Source: Octopus sinensis
Taxonomy: Eukaryota
DNA length: 64,000 bases
Assembly: GCF_006345805.1 (NCBI RefSeq)
Contig: NC_043000.1
Location: forward strand, 63,302,001-63,366,000
Direction of reading: 5' to 3'
Shown here one piece after another: positions 1-12,246 of this stretch (positions within the stretch are counted from its first letter, which is position 1; every line of letters begins with the position of its first letter). Under the pieces are notes generated by a model. The model had not been told where the DNA came from, made no database searches, and was given only the letters and a program-made list of their open reading frames with translations. The position numbers were made by a program, and so were the translations under genes.

Positions 1-22
1 CTGAGTCAATAAAAGAAGTACC

Positions 23-343
23 ACAGTTCCATATTTAAGAGATGAGGAATTGTAAACAGTTTTTACATTATTTACAATTGACAGATATTTGTCCTCATCT
101 TGTTTGTTGTTAACACAACGTTTTGGCTGATATACCCTCCAGCCTTCATCAGGTGTCTTAGGGAAATTTTGAACCTGGATTCTCATTCCCAAGGTATTTT
201 TCGATGTCATTATTATTATTATTATTATTATTCGAAATTTCCCCAAGACACCTGATGAAGGCTGGAGGGTATATTAGCCGAAACGTGTTAACAACAAACA
301 AAATGAGGACAAATATCCATTAACTGTAAATAACGTAAATAAT
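23..343. mobile_element. Fold-back (head-to-head) non-autonomous HHR element, family A, copy 1; inserted into a SINE
   Basis: The right arm (232-343) is the reverse complement of ~60-175 of the left arm (23-~205), with an (ATT)n spacer between. Near-identical 12-bp flanks AAAAGAAGTACC (11-22) and AAAGGAAGTACC (345-356) look like a TSD. Same family at 2211 and 54804. Confidence 0.85.
247..289 (+). ncRNA. Minimal type I hammerhead ribozyme motif (family A)
   Basis: GACAC-CTGATGA-A-GGCT..AGCC-GAAAC-GTGTT. The mirror copy on the minus strand at 112-157 shows the full stem III/cleavage context (AAAC-GTT-GTGTT) but has GAAA>AAAA. Confidence 0.7.
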
Positions 344-1419
344 GAAAGGAAGTACCAGTTGAACACTGGGGCTGATATTACAAACTAACCTCTTCCCCAA
401 TAATTTCAGGCCTTCTACCAATATTATTATTCTCACTTTTTTTCTGTCATATATTTCTATTTATGGTTTTCAGCTAACAAGACTATACCAAAAGCTCTCT
501 CAAATATTCCATTTCTACTGATTCTCTCTTTCCCCTGGCAAAAATTACACCAGCAGCGTCCATGACTCAAGAAACAAAACCTATGACACACAGGCACTAA
601 AAAGCTGAACAATGAACTCTGAGATCATTGATCAGTCCCAGGATGAAGGATTTAATTATACTTTAAAAGTAATTTATATACCTCAATAAGATAAATTACA
701 TGATACCAATTTACAACCAATTTACACCCAAGTGTACAGAACATCGTATTTTAAATGTTTTTGTCATAGATAGTGACAGGATACAAATTTTGACTAGAAA
801 ATCAACTCCATATTGACATGACCATATGTTCTTTTGTGAGGAAAAATAGATGCAAAGTTAGAAAAAAGAAAACAACAAAAGCAAGAACAAAAGACACAAA
901 GTGACTTGCTAACATATGAAATTGGTCATGAGTTAATTACTTCACTCTTACCACATAGAATATTGTTAAAATGCAAAAGCAGATCATCTAGTTTACTTGG
1001 AAATAAGTAACAGCCAGCTGTGCATTACTAATGGTACTATTCATGTATGTTAACACAAAATAAAAAATATTCAACAAAGAATAGGTTTAAAAAGGTTTCT
1101 AGTACAATTATTTTGCATTAAACCATTTTGTACTGTATTATAGTAAAATCAAAATCACAAAAAAACAATGCTGTTAAATAAAGAAAACTATCAGGTAAAG
1201 ATATTACTTCATTAGACTTGTGTTTGTAAACATAGTTACTTTTATAAAATTTACATTTCAAATTATTCATTTTTTCATTAGTTCTGTTATATGCTATTAA
1301 AACTTTTTTTACGACTGTCATAAATATCTTTATGAATAATGCCAACTTTGTAAATATCATCAATATTGCTGCTGTTGTTGTAGATATCTTTATCAAAGAT
1401 ACTGACAATATATACTACA

Positions 1420-1890
1420 AAAATTCTTAACACTACAGCTACCACTGTAAATATGTTTAGCATATCAATTACCCTGAAGATATATTTAATATAACAGCTA
1501 CCATTATACCCCAAGAACCACTTTAAATATACTTGATAATACACTAGCAACCACTATAAATATATTTAACATCACAATTACCACTGCTAAATACATTTAA
1601 CTCTTTAGCATTTAATTGGGCCAAATCCAACCCAAATATGTATCTTGTTTATGTTCAAACTAGCCAGATTCAACCTCTCACACCTACACTACAATCTCAT
1701 TCTAAAAGTTAATAATCACATCATTAAAGTCTTGAAGCTGTGAGATAATGCATAATTAACTCAAAACAAAGTGAATACATAAGCATTGCATAAGACAGAA
1801 TAATCTGAATGCTAAAGAGTTAATAAAACAACTACCACTTTAAATATATGTAATGCCACAATTAACACTGTAAAATATCTTCAAGACTAC
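1420..1890. repeat. Degenerate ~29-bp minisatellite interrupted by a MITE
   Basis: Recurrent ACA(G/A)(C/T)TACCACT(G/T)TAAATAT motif on both sides of the 1597-1823 MITE. Confidence 0.5.
1597..1823 (+). mobile_element. ~225-bp MITE with TTAA TSD (piggyBac-like)
   Basis: TTAA-CTCTTTAGCATT...AATGCTAAAGAG-TTAA terminal inverted repeats; six related copies in the window. Confidence 0.8.
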
Positions 1891-2210
1891 TGCCGTATTC
1901 CAAACCCTCTCTGTATCTTGTGACACTATGGATCTACACCTGCAAAATTCCTCTTCAAGGTGCAGGCTTGGGCAAAGTATTTTATGAAAGATCAGTAATT
2001 ATTGATACCTGCAAGTCTCCTCTGCTTGTGCTAACAGTACTGTCCAACAGAAGGGGCAAGAGACAAAACAGATTGGGACAAACATCATCACAGGCATTGC
2101 TGTCAGAACACAAACAACTAGAACAAAACGTTTTTCCTGATGCTCTACCAACCCTCCCAACCACCACCTTGGGCAGATAATGTATTTATTAATAAAAAAA
2201 ATAAAACAAT

Positions 2211-2502
2211 ACAGTTCTATATTTAAGTGATGAGGAATTATGTACATTATTTACATTATTTATATTTGACAGATATGTCCTCATCTTGTTTGTTGTCAAT
2301 GGGTTTCAGCTAATATACCCTCCAGCCTTCATCAGGTGTCTTGGGGAAATTTTGAACCAGGGTTCACATTCCTAAGGTATTTTTCCCTTTTATTATTATT
2401 ATTATTATTATTATTATAATTATTATTCATGTCACTGCTTGGAATCAAACTCGGAATCTTGGGGTTAGTAGCCCCCACTCTTAACCACTACGCCATATGC
2501 CC

Positions 2503-2548
<46 letters not shown>

Positions 2549-2692
2549 CAACAACATTGAAAAATACCTTAGGAATGAAAACCCAGGTTCAAAATTTCCC
2601 CCAAGATACTTGATGAAGGCTAGAGAGTATATCAGCCGAAATGTGTTAAAAACAAACAAGATGAGAGCAACTATCCGTCAAATGTAAATAAT
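2211..2692 (-). mobile_element. Family A HHR element, full length with tRNA-derived head, plus an inverted 3' copy
   Basis: Minus strand: tRNA-like head 2502-2427, (AAT)n, HHR motif 2340-2300, tail ending at 2211. A plus-strand inverted copy at 2558-2692 carries an HHR at 2605-2647. Confidence 0.85.
2427..2502 (-). promoter_or_regulatory. tRNA-derived Pol III promoter head (A and B boxes), not a functional tRNA
   Basis: Reverse complement GGGCATA-TGGCGTAGTGG(A box)-TTAAGAGTG-GGGG-CTACTAA-CCCC(anticodon-like arm)-AAGATTCCGA-GTTTGATTCC(B box with CpG decay). No acceptor stem pairing. Confidence 0.75.
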
Positions 2693-4124
2693 GAAGGAAA
2701 AAAAAAGAGTTAACCTTTGCAGAATTTGAACCCAGGGTACAGAAAGCCAGAACAAATGCTGCAAGTCATTCTGTTTGATGCTCTTATGACACTGCCAATT
2801 CTGCTAAATGCTGACACTGAAAACATATTCAGTATTATTGCTTCCACCATTTTAATCATCCTTGTCATCATCACAGTCATTGCATATCCTTCCTTCTAAA
2901 ATATCATTTCCTATTGCAGGTCTCTCAAGTATCATATCTGTCATTATGGCTACTTCTATTGTTAATCCTAGAAAAAGGCCTTTTGGCTTACTACAAAAAA
3001 AAAAAAAACGGGTAACACACACACTTACACAAATACTGAAGAAAAGTGTCGGTTTCATTCAATGCAAATTTAAATTACTGAAGCAAAACTGAGATATCTG
3101 CTTCCTCAAATCTCTTATTAAATTGAATATTTATTTTATATATATATATATATAGTTATGTTGTGGTGAGTTTAGCTCGACACTAACCTGAAAGCACCTA
3201 AGTGGTTGTAAGAGGTTATCACAAGTTCAGTTTGACACCTAAGTCACAGCTTTGTAAGAAAAAACATCCATAGAAAAAAGCAAATGCAAAATATTCAAAT
3301 GGAAAATTGATACAATTGAGCTAAATATAAAAGAGAAATAATTTTTATGAGTAAGTGGAAGCCAAAATTGTTCAACTGATGGTAAAATGAAACTTCACAT
3401 TAGACTTCTTCAGACAAGCTTATCAGAAATATTGATTATCTCAGCTATGATCAGAGTAAATATATCGATCGAGACATATTGGAGGAGTAAAGGCATGTAT
3501 GCTGACACGCCAGGAAGATTTTGTTACAAGAGAAGAAAACTGTTTTATGAGACTTATCTGCCAGAAGCTAACAACAGATGACATACAGCATTGTTCTAAC
3601 TTGATATTTAAAGATAAATATAGAAAGATTTGTAATAGAGGCAAGTCTTCAGCAAACCAAGCCCGTGGTCTAGTTTCATTTCTCACCTGGTACAACTTTA
3701 TATGCATCGCCAGTACTTTTGGGAAAAGAAAAGACACAACTTAATATTTTTCCTCTTTCCCAATTTTTCCTTTCAATTTGCTATTTATATATTTTTTAGT
3801 TTCTTATGATGAGACCATGAATAGCCAAAGTGAAAGGTGAGTAGCTAAGATGTAAACAGTTTATGGCTGTGTGGTTAAGAAGTTAACTTTAAAACTACAT
3901 GGTTAAAGGTTCAATCCCACTGTATGGACACTTTTTGTTCTTATTGCTATCAGAAATCAATTGATTTAAGCTTTTATAAGAAGTCAATAGTTAAAATAGG
4001 CTTACAAGCATTTCAAAATAAAACTTCTTGCTCAACACAGATATGATATACTTGCAAAAAGAATAAGTGAATGGGTGTAAAATGAGAAGGCTTATGAAGT
4101 GTTCCTATGGAATGTAAGTGATTG

Positions 4125-4330
4125 AGATTACAACAGTCACCTTGAACAGGATGCCAGTTTTTCACAAGGTTAACTTCCTAGCTATTTACTGGAATCCAAT
4201 AATAGCTAAGGAACTAGAGTAATGAGAAATGAAGTGTCTTGCTCAAGAAAACAATGCACTACCTAGTCCAGAAACTGAAACCATGATCTTATGATCTTGA
4301 GTCCAACACCCTAACCACTAGCCCACATAC
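4125..4330 (-). mobile_element. tRNA-derived CORE-type SINE (decayed)
   Basis: Reverse complement has TAGTGGTTAGGGTGTTGGACTC head and TTCTTGAGCAAGACACTTCATTTC core; same family at 18440-18663, 23020-23330 and 46250-46520. Confidence 0.65.
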
Positions 4331-5139
4331 ATTTACTATAATACTCAATTAAAATTTAACATCAAAGAAGCTAATAGCAGAAACAAAAATTAATATAAAT
4401 TAGAATTTTCAAATCTACAAAAACCCAAAGCAATATTAGTTTGTTTGTTTATTCTTTTATTTTTGTTTAGTTTTGTTGCGTTTCCTTTTTATAAAAGCAA
4501 TAATAGAAAGGTTTTAAACTAGAGAGGAAATATTTTAATGCTTCTTAAGATTAATTCTTACATTATAAGCTGACTACTTTAAACATCAAATGATTTATTT
4601 CTATTTTTCTTTCAAACCTAATTTGCAATGTTTAGATAAGAACACAATATTTGATCTGTCAGTATTCTTCCATTGGTTTCAACCATCTGACTTATTTTAA
4701 CTACTCCCCAAAGAAGAACGAAAGGCAAAGTCAACCCGGACATAAAGAAACATAATCAAATATTACAAGTGGCTTTTATTCCACACGCTCTTACTGATTC
4801 TGCCACCAACTTCCAACACACACACACACGCACACACACAACAGCAGCAGCAACATTTAACATCTATTTTCTGTATTTCACAAATCAACTCGCCCTGCAA
4901 GGTTTTAGTCACAAGGCTTGTGAGTGGATTTGGCACACTGAAACATGAAAGATGGAAATCATGTGTGTGTATGTGTGTGTCAGGGGGTGGGGATGCTTGT
5001 GTCCCGTTGTCTTGGCACTGCACACTAGTTGTAGGTAAAGGTCTCCATCAATCAAAGCTGTGTTGTTCATTTGCACTCTACCATGAAATCCTGTCTGGCC
5101 ATTGTGCTGTCCAGGGGAAATATTGGCTTCAAAATTTGG

Positions 5140-5325
5140 CAAATTTTGGGGAGTGGGTAAGTCAATTACATTGGCCCATGTTTGACCAGTACTTATTTTA
5201 TCAACCCCGAAAGGATGAAAGACAAAGTCAACCTTGGCAGAATTTGATCTCAGAATGTAAAGATGGACAAAATGCTGCTAAGCATTTTACCCGCCATGCT
5301 AATGATTCTGTCAGTTCACTGCCTT
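5140..5325 (-). mobile_element. tRNA-derived SINE with Meta-like central domain
   Basis: Reverse complement matches the intact copy at 13493-13722. Confidence 0.75.
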
Positions 5326-5471
5326 TCACTCTTTCTTCTGTTGACCTGCTCGCTTAGCCGGTGGGGTGGCGTCATTTGAAGGCTAAAACAATGCGAAGTG
5401 CATTGTGACCAGCGATGTGTAGCAACATCTGATAGCCTGGTCGGTCATGTGATCACGTGATATATATATAT

Positions 5472-5930
5472 TCTTTTAGTTGTTTCAGTTATTTGACAAT
5501 GGCCATGCTGGAGCACCGCCTTTAGTCAAATAAATTAACTCAAGGACTTATTCTTTGTAAGCTTAGTACTTATTCTAACAGTGTTTTTGCTAAACTGCTA
5601 AGCTATGTCACCATTAACATACCAGCATCAGTTGTGGGGGGACAAACACAGACACAAATACTTACAAATCATCATCATCATCATCGTTTAATGTCCGCTT
5701 TCCATGCTAGCATGGATTCAACGATTTTACTGGGGACTGGCAAACCAAATGGCTGCACATATATATATAGACAACAAGCTTGTTTAAATTTGTCTACCAA
5801 ATCTACTCACATGGCTTTGGTCAGCCTGAGCCTATAGTAGAAGACGCCTGCCCAAGGTGCCACGCAGTGTGACTGAACCCGGAACCATGCAGTTGGGAAT
5901 CAAGCTTCTTACTGCACAGTCACTTCTGCA
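5472..5930 (-). mobile_element. Abundant octopus-type tRNA SINE with internal microsatellite; contains an inserted RTE-tail fragment
   Basis: Head TGTGACTGTGCAGTAAGAAGCTTG...GGGTTCAGTC and tail GGTGCTCCAGCATGGCC...AATAACTGAAAC on the minus strand. Many related copies (e.g. 17122-17780, 39397-40025, 44527-44672). Confidence 0.7.
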
Positions 5931-5986
5931 CGTATATATATGTGTGTGTGTGTGTGTGTGTATGTGTGTGTGTGCATATATATGCA

Positions 5987-6028
<42 letters not shown>

Positions 6029-6709
6029 GTTGATAAACTTCCTTTTAAATCTGTGATGCAATCACTAAAAGTTTCTTGCTTGTGAAATACGTATTTTTAT
6101 TCAGGCTCATGGCAAATTTTAAAAGAGTAGACAATATAGACGATATTGTTGTATGTACATGCATACATGCATGTTTGAGCAAGTAAATGTGTTTAAAACT
6201 TGTGTGTGTGTGTGTGTGTGCTTTAATAAAAAAAATAGCAACATTACTTTCACACTAATACAAGTTATTCATAAACTTAGATCCATATATGTATGTTATT
6301 TCATATACATTATTCTAACACAGATGTACTGAGCACACATTTGTATGCAATTACATACCTGTGTTATATATGTATTTTATGCATGTTTAATGTGTATATT
6401 TCATATATATTCTTCAACACACGCAAAATACATATAAAACACACACTCATGAAAGCTTTACAAAAATCCTACTTCGTTCTTTCTTCTTTCCTCTGGCTAA
6501 GCTAGGCTACTAGCCAAAGAAGACTAATGAAATTAAGTCTGACTGATTAGTTAAGCAGTGAAAATAGAAAAAGAAAGATACAGACAAAAGCTGAACCTTC
6601 ATACACAAACTATATTCAGACAGGCCACTGACATAACTAGCTTACCTCCAACCACAAGTGATTTAGTGTGTAATGCATTATGGAACCACAATACAAATGA
6701 TGATGATCA

Positions 6710-6750
<41 letters not shown>

Positions 6751-7244
6751 GTACTTAAATACACAGACAGTTTACAATGGCTTTTCTTTCCATCCTTTTA
6801 TTTTTCTTTCTTTTTGCAACATAATTGGTATTAGTATCAGAATTAGTGCTACAGTGATTACAGGCATTGGATACTAACACAATTATCATGTGTTCAAATC
6901 TAGCTGTTTGTATTACAGTGATGCCTTTATAGTAAGTATATTCATACAGAATGAAGCTTGATTAATTGAAGAAAATGATGAGCAGGGAAGGGACACATAG
7001 CAACAAAGAGTCCACAATTTATATCCTGGCTTTAGGGCCTACATTATTTCTATGGACAAAGTACTTAACCTACAACAGACCTAACCTTCAAGCTGTCAAG
7101 GAAGTACTGCAAAGTAGAATTATCACTATTAGCAGTGCCAGTGCTGTGAAAGCGACAAGTATTTCATTAAGTCACGCAAGCAACATTGAGTACTATTAAG
7201 CTACCCATAAACTAAGCCTATAATGAAGGTTCAATTTCCATTTC

Positions 7245-8180
7245 ATTTCGTTCCTGGTGGGAAAGACTATCAACACCAAGAAAGACTGGCAGAGGCTGAG
7301 GACTTACAATAATCAGCCTTTGTGAGATGTTGTAACAGATACCAATGAGAATGACAGCCCCATAATTGACCAAGAGTGGGGAGTTAAAATCAATCAAAAC
7401 CAGTTAACACAGAAATGACCCTGGACATGAATACAGCTATTCATTCAAACAGCGAACGAAGTGCAGACAACTTTGGATGCAAGCTGTGCTGTAGGAACTT
7501 TGCAACTGAGAGAGGTTTGAAGATACATCAGGGAAAGACTTGTAAGAAGAGAACAGAGCAGTGTAGATCATTTGATCATAAAAGACATGGCAAATCATCC
7601 CCAGACTCAAACCACAGCTGATCAGTAAATGCTACAGCAAAGACTTCTTCCAGGCAGGAAACTGCAGGTTATGAAACTGGTGCATTAGATAGTACTCAGA
7701 GGTAACCGAGGGTTTTGTGGCCAGCTGCTAATGAGAAAGGAAAATATAAAGAGTTTGAAAACAAGGTATGTTGAGCTCTTTATAAAATGACACACTCTAC
7801 AGTAGAGAAACTGGGAAAGTTAACAAGTTGAATTTATGATACAGAAGGGAATTATTTGGGGTGAAAGAGATTATCCGATTAGCTAAAGGAAAGTGTGGAC
7901 CAAGCAGGAGGATCAGGAAAATGAAACAGTTGAGGAAGGAAAAGACCACCCCAAGAAAGCGATGGAAATATGCTACAGAAGATGAAAAACCTGGCCTCGT
8001 GCTGCGTGCTGCTGTACAATGATTTGAAAAGGAAATACCAATATGAGCAACAAAAAAAAAAAAAGTAAAAGGACTCAGGGGCAGTTTCTGAAGAACCCAT
8101 ACAGGGTTACTAAGAAGGAGTTCATTCAACTGAAGAGTGGCAGTTTATAGTGCACAAAAAAGAATTGGATATTTTGTCAG
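7245..8180 (+). mobile_element. Decayed 5' part of a HERO-type (RLE) non-LTR retrotransposon
   Basis: C2H2-like finger CKLCCRNFATERGLKIHQGKTC, then VLWPAANEKGKYKEFE and GQFLKNPYRVTKKEFIQLKSGSL in interrupted frames; this order matches the pre-RT region of HERO/NeSL-group elements. Confidence 0.65.
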
Positions 8181-8618
8181 GTACTGTACTTCATGTAATA
8201 ATGTTATATTCAGTACTTCTTTTGGACCTGAATCATGACATATCCACTAACAACATAACCTTTAACTGTCAATACTATTACTAATGCCACTGGCACCACT
8301 TAACACTCAGGGTGAATGTGAAGATCAAATAAATTATAATAATTTCATCCAGCTCTTTCAAAAACAAAAAGCACTCCATAGGAATGAAGAGAAAAACTAG
8401 CATTTGAATAGACAAATAGTAGATTATATAGGCAAAAACAGCTTACTAAACTTGAAATATCTAGAAAAATCTGTATATCAGCAGTATCTGCATTTCATCT
8501 CCACATAAATTCAGAAATAGCAGTTGTATTTGAATCATTGATAGTAGTACTAAACCACAGCAATATTTTATCAACCTGAGATGAATAAAAGGCAAAGCTG
8601 ACTAGGATTTTAACTCAT

Positions 8619-10126
8619 TCATCATCATCATCATCATCATTTAACGTCCGCTTTCCATGCTAGCATGGGTTGGACGGTTCAACTGGGGTCTGGGGAGCCC
8701 GAAGGCTGCACCAGGCCAGTCAGATCTGGCAGTGTTTCTACAGCTGGATGCCCTTCCTAATGCCAACCACTCCGAGAGTGTAGTGGGTGATTTTATGTGC
8801 CACCGACACAGGTGCCAGACGAGGCTGGCGAACGGCCACGCTCAGATGGTGTTTTTTATGTGCCACCGACACAGGTGCCAGACGAGGCTGGCAGACGGCC
8901 ACGCTCGGATGGTGTTTTTATGTGCCACCGACACAGGTGCCAGATGAGGCTGGCGAACAGCCACGATCGGATGGTGTTTGTTACGTGCCCACAGCACGGA
9001 GGCCAGTCGATGCGGTACTGGCTACGGCCACGTTCTGATGGTTTTCTGGTGTGCCACCGGCACTGGTACCACAAAGATACAAATTCCATTGATGTTCATC
9101 TATTTTGATTTGATTTGATTTTCACTTGCCTCAACAGGTCTTCACAAGTGTCACAAGAAGGAAGGTATGCACAGGTGGACTGACTACGCCCCAGGTAGGG
9201 CCCACGGGTTATGGCCTAACTAGTCTTGCCGGGTCTTTGGATGGTGTTTTTATGTGCCACCGACACAGGTGCCAGATGAGGCTGGCAAACGGCCACGATC
9301 GGATGGTGTTTGTTACGTGCCCACAGCACGGAGGCCAGTCGATGCGGTACTGGCTACGGCCACGTTCGGATGGTTTTCTTGTGTGCCACTGGCACTGGTA
9401 CCACAAAGATACAAATTCCATTGATGTTCACCTATTTTGATTTGATTTGATTTTCACTTGCCTCAACAGGTCTTCACAAGTGTCACAAGAAGGAAGGTAT
9501 GCACAGGTGGACTGACTACGTCCCAGGTAGGGCCCACGGGTTATGGCCTAACTAGTCTTGCCGGGTCTTCGGATGGTGTTTTTATGTGCCACTGACACAG
9601 GTGCCAGATGAGGCTGGCGAACAGCCACGATCGGATGGTGTTTGTTACGTGCCCACAGCACGGAGGCCAGTCGATGCGGTACTGGCTACGGCCACGTTCG
9701 GATGGTTTTCTTGTGTGCCACCAGCACTGGTACCGCAAAGATACAAATTCCATTGATGTTCATCTATTTTGATTTGTTTTGATTTGATTTGATTTTGATT
9801 TTCACTTGCCTCAACAGGTCTTCACAAGTGTCACAAGAAGGAAGGTATGCACAGGTGGACTGACTACGTCCCAGGTAGGGGCCACGGGTTATGGCCTGTC
9901 TAGTCTTGCCGGGTCTTCAGATGGTGTTTTTATGTGCCACCGACACAGGTGCCAGTTGAGGTTGGTGAACGGCCACGATCGGATGGTGTTTGTTATGTGC
10001 CCACAGCACGATGGCCAGTCGATGCGGTACTGGCTACGGCCACGTTCGGATGGTTTTCTTGTGTGCCACCGGCACTGGTACCACAAAGATACAAATTCCA
10101 TTGATGTTCATCTATTTTGATTTGAT
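8619..10126 (-). mobile_element. RTE-type LINE 3' end with internal tandem array (~332-348-bp units, ~52-bp sub-repeats)
   Basis: (ATG)n tail at 8619-8640 and the common RTE-tail sequence. Units start at 8907, 9239, 9571 and 9919 and are highly similar. Confidence 0.75.
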
Positions 10127-10454
10127 ATACATATATATAGGTTTCTATATGAATCATATATCATCATCCTCATCAATATAATCATTTAACATCTGTTTTC
10201 TATGCTGGCGTGTGTTGGACAATTCCACAAGAACTGGCAAGTCCAGAAGACTACACCAATCTCTGATGTCTGCTTTGGTATGCTTTCTAGAGCTGGTTGC
10301 CCTTATTAATGCAAGACAAAACCCTCCAACTGAGGTGAGAGTAATACTGAGAGACAAGGAAAGGAGTTTTGCATTAGTGGGGAAACATGGCTGCTTCTTA
10401 GGGAGAGTGAGGGAGAGTGGTGACAGTGAGATTGGAGAGGGTGCACACATACAC

Positions 10455-10504
<50 letters not shown>

Positions 10505-10511
10505 ATGTATT

Positions 10512-10838
10512 GCCCCAGGCAACCTGAAATATGGTGGTGGAGATTGATAGGGCTGCAAAGGCGAAGAGACGGGCTTGGAAAGTCTGGAAGGAAGGTGATA
10601 GTAGGGAACATTACCAAATGGCTGAAAAGATAGTGAGGCAACAAGTATACTTAGCTAGTGAGGAGGCAAAAAAAAAAGAGATTTAAGCAAGTCCTATAAC
10701 ATGGGGATCATAGGCATGAGGTATTCAGAACTGCAAGACAGTGTGTGAAGACAAGATGCCATCAGTGTATTTGGAATGATGAAGGCGTACTTGCCACCAA
10801 TATGGAAGACAAGGAAGTGGCATAGAAGTGCTATTATG
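10512..10838 (+). mobile_element. RTE LINE ORF fragment (EN-RT linker), pseudogenised
   Basis: Reads PEIWWW..EIDRAAKAKRRAWKVWKEGDSREHYQMA...VYLA...EVFRTARQCVK...CIWNDEGVL with stops and frameshifts. Confidence 0.75.
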
Positions 10839-12246
10839 TATCCTAACCAAATGTATCAACTTTCATCCGGTTTGGCCAATATAATGCATTGTGCATATGT
10901 GATGCAGTAAATGAGATTTCTTTTTTTGCAACTTACATTTGCATTAACCTCCAATTCCTTCTCATTCCTGAATGTTGGGGTTTTGCCCCACTCCATTATT
11001 TTACACATCTCACAATGAAGTTCTCCACATTTCAAAATAAAAGAAGAAAATGATCAACTACAAAAGGTAGAAAATAAATACTTCATAAATCTGAAATAAT
11101 ACATACATATGCGTGCGCACATGAGTGGGTCTGTGTTTTCACATACATATAAACATGTGTGCATATACAAAAATATACACACACACATGCACTATATATA
11201 TATCCATCCAGTTAACTTTGTTAATATGCATGTAGTAAAGAAAATAAACTAACGTTGGTTACATTTTTCTCTTGGAAGACACTTATTTCAGCCAAACTAA
11301 TTATTTCTAAGCATTGAGTAAAAGACTATATCTTTGTACCAAATAGATAATAAAATATATTTCTTAACAGATAATTCTTCCATAGTTAAATATTCATACA
11401 GTATGTCCAGCAAACAACTATGTTACTTCTAACATCTGTATTTGTGTGTGTGTGTGTATTTGGTAATACTGATGACTGAACTTCTAGGAGTAGCTATTTA
11501 CGTCTTCCCCAAGAGATTTTACTTCACTCATATAACTTTAATGACATTAGCTATCACTGTAAAAGACTCACCACTAATGTAATAAATATTACCACCACAA
11601 CAAAAATCGATCAATTATGTACTCATACACTCATATGCATACATATATACACACACTTGGGAGTGTTTGTACAAGTGTTAGCTGAGAAGCAGTCATTTTG
11701 GCAACATCATTCATCTTCATTTTTACTTGTTTAAACACATGTGGTGTGAAACTCTGAGTAGCATCAGAGTGAATCCTCAGCTGATTCCTAATAAAAACAA
11801 TTTCACCATCATGTACTTGATACACTTTCATTTGTAAATGAAAGTATATAGGTGAGGATGTGTATACATCAGATATTTATCATACATTTACAAGAATAGT
11901 GGTAACAGTGATTCTGAAGTTTCAACTTGTTAGCATTCCTAGGACTGAGAAAAGCTGACAGTCTGAAAACTGAAAGTCACTGTCACCACTGCTTACATAA
12001 ATGCATAATTAATAAGTACGTTACAAAAAGTATTGAGTTATCCTTCAACTTAATATTAAGCTGTTTCATTATAACTCAATATAAAAACATTGATATATAT
12101 ATATATATATATATACATACACACACACATATTCATATACATATACACACACACAGATGAGATACTTTTTTGTTGAACTGACCCTCATAGAACAGTGTAC
12201 TATATACCTCGAAAACAGGGTTTTCAACTGCAAATTCATAATCTTC

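Noticed and set aside
2427-2502. Functional tRNA gene
   Set aside because: No acceptor stem, decayed B box, embedded in a repeat; a SINE-type head.
2852-3010. Possible terminal exon after a poly-T/TAG acceptor on the minus strand
   Set aside because: Short peptide without recognisable homology; such signals are common by chance in AT-rich DNA.
8790-10126. CRISPR-like regularly spaced repeats
   Set aside because: The intervening sequences are themselves repeated, the context is eukaryotic and there are no cas genes.
11631-11960. Possible minus-strand exon (TTTTCAG acceptor, 66-aa ORF with LRIHS)
   Set aside because: No recognisable domain, stops between the acceptor and the ORF, and no partner exons; needs RNA-seq.
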